A stretch of 64,000 nt of DNA from Brevinema andersonii (GTDB lineage Bacteria > Spirochaetota > DYKD01): NCBI GenBank assembly GCA_020722765.1, contig DYKD01000004.1, forward strand, positions 10,250 through 74,249. Reading direction: 5' to 3'. The notes under the pieces were generated by a model, which did not search any database, was not told the DNA's origin, and saw only the letters and a list, made by a program, of their open reading frames with translations. Made by a program: the position numbers and the translations under genes. The first letter of the stretch is position 1, and the number at the start of each line of letters is the position of its first letter. Positions 1 to 12,200 of the stretch are shown one piece after another.

Positions 1-43
1 ATGATCTGTACTCAAGTCAAATTTAAAAAGATATACTTGCATG

Positions 44-250
44 CTATTTCCTGAAAGTCAAGAACCTTTTAACCGCGTGATAATCGGCTTCAGACCAAAA
101 ATAACGCTGAATCGCAAACGCTAGCAATGCCACTTGGACAGAAATTACAACCTCACCGACAGAAGCCACGCCAAAAGTGAATGCAGTGAGAACACCGATC
201 GGAAATAGAAAAGTTATTGCCATAACTAAAATAGCATGTGGGACTCTCAT
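44..250 (-). CDS. Small membrane protein downstream of tape measure gene
   Basis: 68 aa, two hydrophobic stretches; start overlaps the tape measure stop (TAATG coupling). Confidence 0.6.
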   Translation of the reverse strand: MRVPHAILVMAITFLFPIGVLTAFTFGVASVGEVVISVQVALLAFAIQRYFWSEADYHAVKRFLTFRK

Positions 251-3200
251 TAGACACCTCTCGATCCTAATACCCGACGATTGAACCTAGCGCCGAGTTT
301 ATTTACAAAGACGTCACCATACTTCTTCGAGCCCAAAAATTGTTCAATGGATTCTTCATCCAACACATTTACAACGGTCATCTTTAATTCAGGCGATACT
401 GCAGGAGTAGGGATGGTGACTTTAGGCACAGTACCTCCGGTTTTCATTTGCATTTTAACGGGCGCAACGCCGCTTAAAACCTTCTCTGGTGCAGCTCCCT
501 GAAACTTTACCAAGTCTTGCAGCGCGTAGAAAAAGTCGGGGCCAAAGAAGCTCACGGTCGGGCGGTTAACTACAAACTCGCCAGGCTCTAGCATCGCGGG
601 AACTATATCACCTCGACCAGTACCAGGAACAGGGCCGCCAATCTGGAAGGGTTTCTTCCATTGCCATATAAGCCATTGAATGGGTCCTAACTTAGGTGCT
701 GCTGGGTATTTACCGGTCGCTACTGCATCAGCTAACTCTCGCATTAGAGCATCATACTCCTCAGGCCAGGTACCCCCAGCAAAGATGTCTTTAAATTCGG
801 GGTAAATTCTCTTAGTGAGGTAGTGAGCTACACCTCTTGCCATTACTTCTTCAGGCGACGCTAGGTACTCTATGTATTCAGCTGGGCTCTGTGGGAACGT
901 TTTCTCTAAGTATGCTTTAACTTTTGCGGAATCAATAACGGGCAGGAAACCAGCGAGAGGCCTGCCCGATTCTTGTAGGGAGTGTATCGTCTCGTGAATC
1001 AAGACATTCGCAAATTGACTTTGTATCCCCGCAGGCTCGCGCTCAGCTATAAACTCTCTCGCCGGAAATTTCGACCCCTGCAACTGCATAACGATTTGAT
1101 CAGATTCTGGAATGTAATATGACCCGGGAGAAATGCTGCTTTTGAGATATTCACGTGGGTCTTTGAATCTATCTGTTCTTCCTAAAGCCTCGGCAATATA
1201 CGTTGTAGCCGCAGGATTGTTTTCTTGGAAGAATTCAGCGGCACGTCGAATGCCGGTCTTAGCCTCTTCAATATATGATCTAACCTCAGGACTAGCTTCG
1301 GCTAACTCCAAGTTCCACGTTTTCTCGAGCTCAGGAAGAATGTTGAGGGGCTCAATAGCCCACGCCTCAGTTGGACCGAACCAATCTAAAATATTCTCGA
1401 CTAAGCCTCCATGCTGCATTCCTCTGAAAAAGCTAAAAATGCCACTGAAGAAGCTGCCTATGCCACTGAAGATGCTACTGAAGAAGTTGCCTATGCTACT
1501 GAAAAAGCCACCGCCTCCTCCAGCTCCCATAGCAGCACCTGCGCCGCTAGCCATGCCCATTCCGCCATAAGAACCTGCGCCTCCTGCGAGTGGACCGAAA
1601 CCGAAGAACCCTTTGATTTTATCCCACAGAGAAAAGCTTTCCTTTGGTAGGCCTAGCTCAAGCTTAGGTAATCCAAGTTCTGACAGGCCCATCTCGGGTA
1701 ATCCAAGTGTTCCTTTTCCAAGTATTGTTTCGGCGTCAAAAGGTTCTGTAAAGATTTCATCCCAAAAAGACCCGTTTCTCTGTAACAAGTCTATATTAGG
1801 ATATAGTGTAGATGCTGCTGGCCCAACTTTCCCGGTGGCCATTGTGGGCTTAGGTCTTTGCATCTGTTTAAACATGGACAGCAGAGACGAAAACATCGAC
1901 ATATAAGTCAAGGCGAGCATCCACCAGGGCCAAGTCGTCTTTGTTTTCTTCACAATCGGCTCTGCTGTAGTTACTTGTCCTGGCCACGCGGGGAACCCTC
2001 TTGAAGTTAATGCTTCACCAATGAGACCACCTTTTTGGAAGAACACTTGGAAAGGAAATGAAAAGAGCCCCTTCCAAAACTGTCCGGCTAACGCGGCACG
2101 TTGAGCATATCCTTGAGCTACTTCTTGGGCATTCGCCAATTCTTTTTGGAGCCACTCTTGGTGTTTGCGTTGCGCTTCAGCAGCAACTGTTTGATTGAAC
2201 CAATCAGACCAACTAGCATATTGTTGGAAGCCAGGACCGTAGTACCCTTGGCCAATTCCAGCGTGTGGCTTAAATAGCTCATAGAGTGGTTCTAGTTGCT
2301 CCTCTAAGCCCTCGGAAAATTCTTCGAAGAAACCCCCGAAAAGGTCTTCAATAGGAAGCTCGAGAGTGCCTTCAAACAGGTCTCCTAAAGCAAGACCGCC
2401 TTCTTGTAACTTTTTCACTACAGGCAGGCTCAAAACATATTCACCAGGAGTTAACCAAACGGGTACAGAATCCGTCCCGCCTGAACCTTTAACAAACCCA
2501 CCTGTTTGCATCCCCATAGGAGAGAAACCAAAAGGAGAAAAACCAAGGGAAGCCCCACCATAAGTTGGTCTAGACATGCCGCCGAATAAGCCCAACAAAG
2601 AAGGTATAAAGCTGATTATCCCTTTAATAAAGTTAAAGATACCACTAAAGAACCCACCACTGAACAACCCTCCGAACAAGCCACCAGGTGTCTCGCTAGG
2701 AATTCCGCCAGGTGCGCCACCGAACGTTCTACTAGGCATGCCACCAAATGTGCTTCTTCCTATGCTGGGTGATCTAACTCCTCCGCCTCCTGTCTCAAGC
2801 TCTTCCAAGCTTTCAGCTACTCCTGCAATTCCTCCCTCTCCTTCTACCCCAAGTCCTCCCTCAAGTCCCGAAACTCCGGGAATAGCTGGACCTCCACCCA
2901 TCGCAGAAAGAATTCCTGCAGTGTTTTCCGCAGTGGCTCTTTGATAAGCTAAACTCTCAAGCTTATACTGCTTATCTTCAAGCTTAGCCTGCTTTTCCGC
3001 ATACTCTTTGCTGATCATTTCAGGTGGAATCCCGAGCAAGGAAGCAATGCCCCCCGTAACTTGTTCCATCGCTAACTCAGAAAGATTTCTGGCGGCCATT
3101 CGAGCTAAGCCTTCCGCGAGCTTGTTAATATATTCTTGAGGATCCTTCAATCGATGGAGAGCAAAGTCTGTGAATACATCCTCAAGGGTGCCTCGCATAC

Positions 3201-6200
3201 TCTCTAATGTACCGGTGAGCATTTCGCCTAATCTGTGAATGGGATCTTCTAACTTACTCGCGAAATCAGATAGGCCTTTCACCATCCCCCACCAGAAAGC
3301 GTCGCCAAGGGTCTTGATTGTTTCTTGATCTTTGATCATGCCAGCAGCAGCTCTGGACCAATTGGCATAAATCTTGGTGATCTCGATGTCAGCAATCGAA
3401 CCAATCGCTTTCCAAATATCTGCTGCAGTGGCTCCAAACATCGCCATGTGTTCCTGCAATTCGCTTAATTGCCGTTTAGTAGTTTCATGGCGCTGTGCTT
3501 GCATTTCATAAAATTTTGCGATGTTGTCGAAGGCTTCCTTCATGGTGAGGCCAGGAATCTTCGCCATCATCCTAATCAATGAATCAAACTGTTCAGGCCT
3601 CAGTTCGAATCCTGACGTGAGCGCTTCTTTAATAGCCTGCTCAAAGGTCTTGGCAATTTTATATGGGATACCGCCTTGCAGCCATTTAGTACCCAAAGCC
3701 ATTAACTTTTCATAGAATAACTCAAACAACTCAAAATTGGTTTCGATTTGTGTCTTTAAACGAGTAGGAGATAGAACATCGGAGAAAAGATAGTTGTAAA
3801 ACTTAGTCATTGATACGCCAGGCTTGGTCGCTAAATAGTCCAGCATCTTGAGCATGTCTTCGAAGTTTTGAACCGTCCAGTTCCTTTCGTCTTCGAACAT
3901 GGTCTTTCCGATCTCGAGCATTTCCTTACGGATCTTCGCATAGGAAACCTTTTGCTTCAAGAGAATGGACACATACAAATCAACAACTTGCTTATCAATG
4001 ATTGCACCAGTTTCTAGTAAGGCCTTTAAGGGCTCGGTGAGCATTTTGAAAAAGTCTGCTCTGGGTAGTTTGACCCTTAACCATACGTCAAACAACCTGC
4101 TGATGCTATCTTCAAACTGCTTAATCTCAGCTGGCTGTAAACGATTGTCACGGATTAAGCCATAGAAATCTGTAATCGCTTTTTTGACATATTCAGCACC
4201 TGGGCGACCTCTTCCAATCATCTCTACAATTTTTGCGTACCAAGCGTCAAACCCCTCCCAAACAATTGAAGGGACAACTTCGTGTTCAGCAGGGATTCTG
4301 ATACGCAAATCTCTGGGTATTTTAACCCCAGTACGAAATTGTAAAAACGCTTTCTTTACTTTTTCTAAATGCTTCAATGTGGAAGCCGGAATTTTCCCGA
4401 GCTTAACTCTATCAAGCCCAGCATTATATGCAGCTACAACCTTCATAAGCTTTTGCCAGGTTTCTTCATTGATGCCCTCAAGCTGGCTCAAATCAATACC
4501 TAATGCACGCATTAAGTCCAGCGTATGTCGAATAGCAATCTTAGTAGCTAACGCCCGGTTTTCAAAACCTTCAAGTTGTTCCGCCTTAACTCCGTACATT
4601 GCAGCGGTACTAGGCATAAATTGAAATGGGCCTCTTTCTCCCGATGTGCCGACTCTGCGAGGATTAAAACCACTCTCCACTTGTTCCATCGCCAACATCA
4701 ATGCGGTAAACGTTTCGCCATATGTCGAAGCTTGACGCACGGTTTCGTCAATCATAGCTTTAAGTTGTGTGCGTGTAACTGACGACATCGTGTGCAACAT
4801 CGACTGATAACGATTGAAGAAATCGCCTTGAGACTGAACAGCATCAGCGGCCCCTTGACGAAGGAGGTGCGTCCTGATCTCTAAATTCTTGCCCATAAAC
4901 TCGGTTATCGCATTTTCCATCTCCCTGTCTATCTGCATTAACTGGTTTTTCTTCGAAGCGACTTCATTGGCAAGCTCTGCGCTTCTCTTCCGTAGTTCAG
5001 CTTCTCTGTTTCTTAATTCAGCTGTCGGTCGTATACCTTCTTGTATCTCTTGCTCAAGGACTTGCCACTTAATGCGAATCTCTTCTTGTTCGAGTTTAGC
5101 CCTTTCTTCTGCTAGTTTGATTTCCTCGCGCACAGCAGCCTTCTTCCGTTCATATGCTGCACGTACCCGATCGACATCCGCGAGCTCACCACGTGCAAGC
5201 TTTGCACGCTCTTCTTCAATAACACTACTTGCCTCGGTTGTTTTTGTTTGTGCACTTAGTCGTTGTGATTCAATGTCGAGCAAATCAGCCGTATGAGACA
5301 TCCGGAACAATTTCGCCTGCTCTTCACCTTGTTGAATGGCCAGATTCAATTGCTCGTAATGGTTTTTAATCAACTTTACGCGAAGCTCATTGCGCGCCTG
5401 TTCCTCTTTGAGCTTCCTAGTCGCATCATCAGCGTGCATTGTAGTAAGTTTGGAAAGTTGATGGTAATATTCACGCTGCAAATTAATTTCTTCTTGTCTT
5501 AATTGCTCTCTCTTTAATAAGTATTGTCTTTGGGTGTCAAGTCTGAATTGCTCGGCGGTTGGAGGTGCGATCTTATAACTTAATTCCGTTTCTTTAGCTA
5601 AGTTCTCAATGTAACTTTTACGATATTCCGTCTCAGTTTTAAGAGCCTCCATAGCTGCGTCTGCAATCTCGCGGACCTTCTTGTCGGTCAAGGTCTTGTC
5701 AACCTTAATTCCCATCGACGCGAGAACGCTTTCAGCCATACCTGGGATTCTCATCTCAAAGAGGCCCTTAGCAAGACCCTCTCTGGCTCGCTTAACTTGT
5801 TCGTTGTCAGCCAAATTAAGAGTTCTAAACCAATCAGCGACTTCTGCGGGAACCAACTGTAGCAGTAAGTCGCGATTACCTTGTAACTGAATCAGGAACT
5901 CCTTACTATCAAAAATCTTAGCTCCTATTTCACCCCATTTCATACCATAAAGGTTAGGAGCAGCTAATTCCTCTCTGAGTTTGTCTTGTAAGGCCTTGAA
6001 AATCTTAACGTCTCCCCAATCTTGCTTCTGCCACGCCTCAACTTGTGCTCTCATTGGATTGGCGATCAGACTGCTCAATCTCCCAAAATACACATTTACT
6101 TCATTTGCTTGTGCAGCTCCAACGTCTTTAATCGCTTCGGTAATTAACTTCGTAGCTTCTAAATATTTCCGCTTTCCTTCTGCAGAGAGGGTTCTGGGGT

Positions 6201-9200
6201 CGATTTGCTCAAATAACTTCCTGCCCCAATCAGGGCCAAACTGTACGGCTCTAGTATCACCTAAATCAAAGAGATCCCAAATTGACTTCCCCTTCACCAT
6301 CCAATAAGCTTTCTGGTATGCTTTGGTGAGGTTCTCCATCGAGGACATGGTACGTGTTCTAGCTGCGACTAGAGCGTTACCATATAATTCTTCAAGCTCT
6401 TTGTTGTGAGCCGCAGCTTTTCCGATGCCCGCGTACATCGAAACCATGTTTCTCGAGAGTGTCAAGAATGTGGCATATTTTTCGCGCAAAGTTCCAACGG
6501 TAACCGCGTGATTTTCAACAGCTTTATCAGCCACACCCATCGTTGCGAGCCATTTGACCATCGCTTCACGCTGTTCTTCAGTAGCAACCTCCCTCGGGGC
6601 TCCTTTCGCGATAGCTGCTTCAACGGCTTCTTGCGCGGCTACGATTTCAGCGGTCGCGTGATACGCAGAAACCGCGCGTTGTTCAATTTTACCTAATTGC
6701 TCCGTGAACTTAGCAGTTGCACTTTCAGACTTCTCAACTATGCTATCAAGAGTCTCGCCCCAAGCATTTTTAATAGCCACAAACGCACCAACTATCACAG
6801 ACGCGATGATCATGAACTTACCGGCGGGAGTTAACCAGAATGCATACAGAGCTTGACCAAGAGATGCAAAACCACCAATCACCGCAGCAAATAACGCCTT
6901 CAACCCTGCAACAAGACCACCCACAGAAAACACAGCTAGCAATTTACCAATTTTTCCAAAAGCACCCGCAATCCCAGAAAGAAGTGATCCAATAGACCCT
7001 AGTTGGGCAGTTACTTTTGTAACAACTTTTGAAAATATATCCCAAGATCCCAGTTGACCAGAAACAAGCTTTAAAATGCCGAGGAGTGTAAACGCGTGCA
7101 GCGAGGCATTGATAAATGTCTGCACAAAACCTGGGAAAACTTCTCTTTCGCGCACCTCTCCTCGAATCTCTGTAAGAGGAGCTCCACGAAGCACACCTGT
7201 AATTATTGTAGTGCCCTTCTCCGCGATTTTGGAGAACTTTTCAATCACTCCGTCCATCATGTCCGCCATTGTTCTGACAAGACGGACGGTGGAGACCATA
7301 ACAGTGTGGACGACTGTAAATACGGGAAATAATGCAGATTGAATGAACGAAGCGATACGACGTATATTGGAAGCAACAGTTTGGGTCATTCTTGACGCCT
7401 GCTCTTCACCCGCCCCAACTGAAGCCATGCGTAACCTAGTGATTTCCGAATCAATTTTATCCATGTTGAGAAGTAACGGGGCGAGAGCACGTCCACCAAC
7501 CATGCCAAAGTCTTCGAAGATTCTACCCAATTCTTCGAAGCTTTTACCAGACGCTTTCACAATTTTGCTCATCTCTCGCAGCATATCCATAGCAGTCATC
7601 TTACGTACTTCAGGTCCTGCTAGCTTTTCATAAACTTTTAGGGGAATTCCCATATGCTCAGCAAGAAGTACAAATGACTGTGCGACTTCCAACGGCTGCT
7701 TCGCCATATGCTGTAAGACTTTAGCAAAGCCACGTCCTGCGCGAGAGCCCTTAACCATATTATCATTCATAATACCGATTAAGGCGGACAACTCGTAAAA
7801 ATTCAACCCTAAACTGTCAGCTGCGGCGATTGAGTAACGATAACTCTGATTTAATTCATTAATTTCAACCTGGTGGTCTTTAAACACTTGAGACATAACA
7901 TCTGAGATAATACGAAACTTGGTGGCCATCTCGATGTTCGGTTCAATAGAGTCTTTCAACACATTATAAAGACCGGCAACAATTTTTGTCGTCTCTCCAA
8001 CGTCACCCTCAGTAGCCCGAATTAAAGCCATCACTGGTTGTAGGGCGGCTAACGCCTCCTGTGCACTAAGTCCTGCGGAACCTAACTGGTACAGTGACTC
8101 GGCTGCAAACTTCGCGTCAACACCAAATCTAACCATCCCCTCAAAAATAGCATGCCTCGCGAGCCCTTCCAACCTTTCGTAGTTCGTAACAATCTCGCCG
8201 GACTGTTCACGCATCGTACGGACCGCTCTTTCAATTTGATGCTGTGCTTCCACAAGGTTATTGAAAGTTTCAGTTACCTTATTAAAGATGCCCCAGAAGA
8301 GCATCATTGATGTATACCATCTTACTTGATACAGGAACAGATCGGCAAAATTGTCCTTTGCGGTTCTAACGGCGTTAGTCATTCTTTCCCACAAAGAAAG
8401 AACGTTACTCGTTACCGTTTCAGATTCCCTCATTAAGCCCGACAATTTTCTAACTTCCGCAGCATTCGCTTCAGCGTCACGTGTTGTCGCGGCATAAATC
8501 TTACGGGCTCGTTCTAACGCGTTACGCATCTCCTCATAAAAAGCTACTCTAGCGGTACGTTCCGCAAAAATCCCCCTCCTACCTAACATCTCGGGAGATG
8601 TTGCTTTTTCGATTAAACGCGACAGTTCATCAGAAATACCGTGGATGCTATCTCTCGCTCTCTGAGACTGTTGGACCCATTTAACATCCCAATCAAGGAG
8701 TGCGACTTTCCTAGTCTCTGAATCTAACTTTTCGAAAACGCCTTTAAGAAATGTGTATTGTTCTTCCAAACTCGCGCCAGTTTTAGGAGCTCGAATGCCC
8801 AGATTAAACAATTCATTGATTCTTGAAAATGTCTCTATCAAAGCGGGAATCTCTTGTTCATTGATCCGACTTCTAAATACCGCAAGTTGTTCCCGGAGTA
8901 AGGCAAGCCCTTGGGTTATATCACCTCCAAAAAGCTTTACGAGGATATCTTGAGCTGTAGCAATGGGCTGCTTGACTCTCGCAAACATTCCGCCTTCTGC
9001 GGCACCTGTTGTGCGCCAAGCAGCTCCAACTAAAGACTGAATAGCAATTTCCCGCGCGCTAGCTAAGGTTTCACGAACTGTTTCACGACCCCCCGAAATA
9101 GCTGGACCTAAGCCCTTCCTCATAGCGAGGTCGGCTTCTCTCCACTTGGCGCCTAATTGCTCGAGTGCCGCTAGCTCACGGCTATGAATATCAGCTAACA

Positions 9201-12200
9201 AGAGTTCATCGGTTGCAACGGCGTTAATTGTGCGGTGATAGTCTGAAACGACGCCTCTTAAAGCACCGAAGATGTTGACAAGCCCTGACTGGGCAGTGGC
9301 TAACTCCTCGGCGCTCAATGCCCCTGATTTTATCTCCGCAAAGGTAGCTTCAATGTTTAACATCATGCCTTGAATTTCAGACCACAGTTCGGCAAATGAG
9401 CGAACAGGTTGGCCTCCTGTCTTAATGGCTTCTTCGTTAAACTTAGCAACCTTCTGATCCAGATCTTCGGTTGTATAACCTACATGTTTGAGACTGTTTA
9501 GTATTTGGTCGATGTTTTGTTTAGCTGCAGCTAAAAATTGGGGATAGATTGCTAATGGTTCGCCCGCCCTTTTAGCAGAATGACCAAAAACTTGTAAGTT
9601 ATTGTTTAATTCTACAAATGCATCTACAATGGTCCGTGTGGCACGCTGTGGACCTTCACCAAATTCACCGCCACCAACACTACCCATCAATTTAGAGGTG
9701 ATAGCTCCAGCTTTTTGACCAATCTCACTCTCACCACTAGATAATGCGGTCGCAACACCTCGTACACCCTCTACAACTTTTTCCTTTTGTTCGAGGAGTT
9801 TTTGTAGTTTGACGGCCGTTAATTCATCAAACGTTTTAGCAACCGCTGGTTTCGTAGTGGCAATAGTAGATTCAATGCCTGCGACTTCCTCTTCAGCTGA
9901 CACTAAGGCCTCTTCCTTTCCGGGCACGACTTTCGCAGGCTCTTTGGCTCTTCCTGGAGCAGCGGCGACCTTCAAGCGTTGACGCGATTCAGCTTCTACA
10001 CGTCTACTATACGCCCTCTCTAAAATTTCTTCGTAACGAGAGAGTTTATCTAATGCTGCGATGGCTGGAGTGATTTCGGCGATCGACGCTTGTAGGTCGA
10101 TAACACCCCCAGCTGCAGGGACTGCACTCCTAGCAATGGTTTCAGAGTGAGTTCTTATCTTCCTCTTAACAAGATCAAGAACACTTTGAATTTTTGATGC
10201 TGACCATGACTCGACGCGTTTCGACCACCGTTGAAAGAATTCTCCCATTCCAGTTTCGATGTCACGAACTTCCAACATCGACCTAAATGCACCCTTCATT
10301 CCACCAGCTGAAAGTATTTCTCCTTCTGGTTGAGCGAGATATGAAGGTGCTGCTAAAGGTTTACCCCAAGCAAGAGAGGAGAATTCGCCTTGCGCGACAA
10401 TGCCGCGTGCTTCCCTAACTCGGGCTTCTAGTACTTGTGAGAGCTTTTCGTTTAACCTGTTAGTAGCAGCTCTTACAAAGCTCACATACTTCTCACCAAA
10501 ACCCGATTGCTCAACTTCTTTTAAATATTGTATGCTAGCCTGTTGAATTTGTTGGATTTTACTACCCGAAAGCTTTGCGATCCAGGATTGTGTACCACCT
10601 ACTTCACTGCCAAACAAGATTTGACCAACACCTTTTGACAGAAACCCTTCCTTCGAAATGTCGACTGGAAGTTTCATCATTTCCTTGAAAGCGGAGTAAA
10701 CTACCTGCGGATCCTCTGATAATAGGGCGGTGCGGATCGTCCTGCCAAACTCTCGGAAATGACCGCGCAGTGTTTTCTTGGCACTGTCCATCAACAAGTC
10801 TAATCTTGCAGCAAGTTCGGCTTGCCCCACATCAGTCTCAGCCATACCAGATTTAACAGATTTGCGGAAGATCTCAAAGGACTGTGCGGTTACTTCAGCG
10901 TTAAGTTTTGCCTGCTGTAACGCAAGATTAATTCCCGCTGTCTTTGGGTGTGCAGCGTCACCAGCTGCTACTATCGCGACTCTCAGCTTCTCCATCAATT
11001 CGGCTAGTTTTTGCACAGAACCTAAAGCGGGTTGAAAGAATCTGTGGGTTGCCTCCGGAGCGTCTTTAAGGGACTTGAGTGCGAAGTTCATTGCAGCAGC
11101 AAAATTTTTGGTGTAATTAGCCGCTCGCTCAATTAATTCAAAACGGCCAGTCCCAAACATTTCTGCTACTGTAAGCTGTTTTTCAGGTTTAGGTGGGAGA
11201 AGGATTTCTGTGTACTCGCGCGCGAATTCAGGACCTTCAGGGATAAAAGCTCTTCGGCCAATTTTACGCGACATGGTCGTCATCCATGCATCAAAAGACA
11301 TTGCGACATCTTCGGCAGATGGTGGCGTGAAGAGCCTACGAATTAAATCTGGTAGCGTACCAGTTGGGGGTTGTACAGACTTACCAATTAAACTGGTCAT
11401 GTAGTCACCCCAGTCCTGATATGCCTTTTTAAGGCTTTCTATCGCTGGGATGTGTGCGCCATAAATACGAGCAACGTATTTATCGTATTCGGCCCGATGT
11501 TTTTCAAATCTAATTGATTCAGTGGCTGGAAGCCCAAACTCTACACCTTCAGCAGCAAGTCGGACTAATTCGTGACTCTTGTTGAGCATAAACTGGACAT
11601 TGCGACCAGCGTCGCCCGCAGCTCTACTATACTGAGTCATTCTAGATGCTAACTCACTGAGGGCTTGAGCGACATTAAAAAATTTCCACATTGGCATCAA
11701 ACTTGTGTGAAGTTTAGCAAGGGCTTCGGTCGCGCGCTCTACATTAAACTCACGGGTGAACGCAGCTCTAACAGCCGTCTTGTATTCCTCAATAATTGGA
11801 GCTGGAGTAGTAGCGGTAACACCTGGCCGCTCCCCGATTGCTAAAAGTTGAGCTTCTACTTTTTCTATTTTTTCGGGTGTACTTTTGGGTGTAAGTCGTC
11901 TGCGTATCTTCCGTGCCTCGGCTTGAGCTTCTTCCACTCCGACACCAAATTTCTTTAAGACTGTGAAGGCTTGTTTAAGTTGTGTGGTGTCAACACGAAA
12001 ATCTAACCTAAGTCCTTTTTCAAACTCAGATTTTACCTTTCTGAATTCGTTCCTTAACTTTTCAAGACCTGCAACGTCTTCTTTCTTTCCATAGGCGGTC
12101 ATCTTCAGTAGTTGTTGGTCGATCTGCTCCAAAGCGGATTGAGTCTCGCTTAGACTACTAACAGTGATTTCTTTCTTCAAGACGTCTTCGAGCTGCTGCA

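Noticed and set aside
1425-1510. Short tandem DNA repeats (ctgaagaag...ctatgc)
   Set aside because: Explained by the FFSSI/FFSGI coding repeats of the tape measure protein
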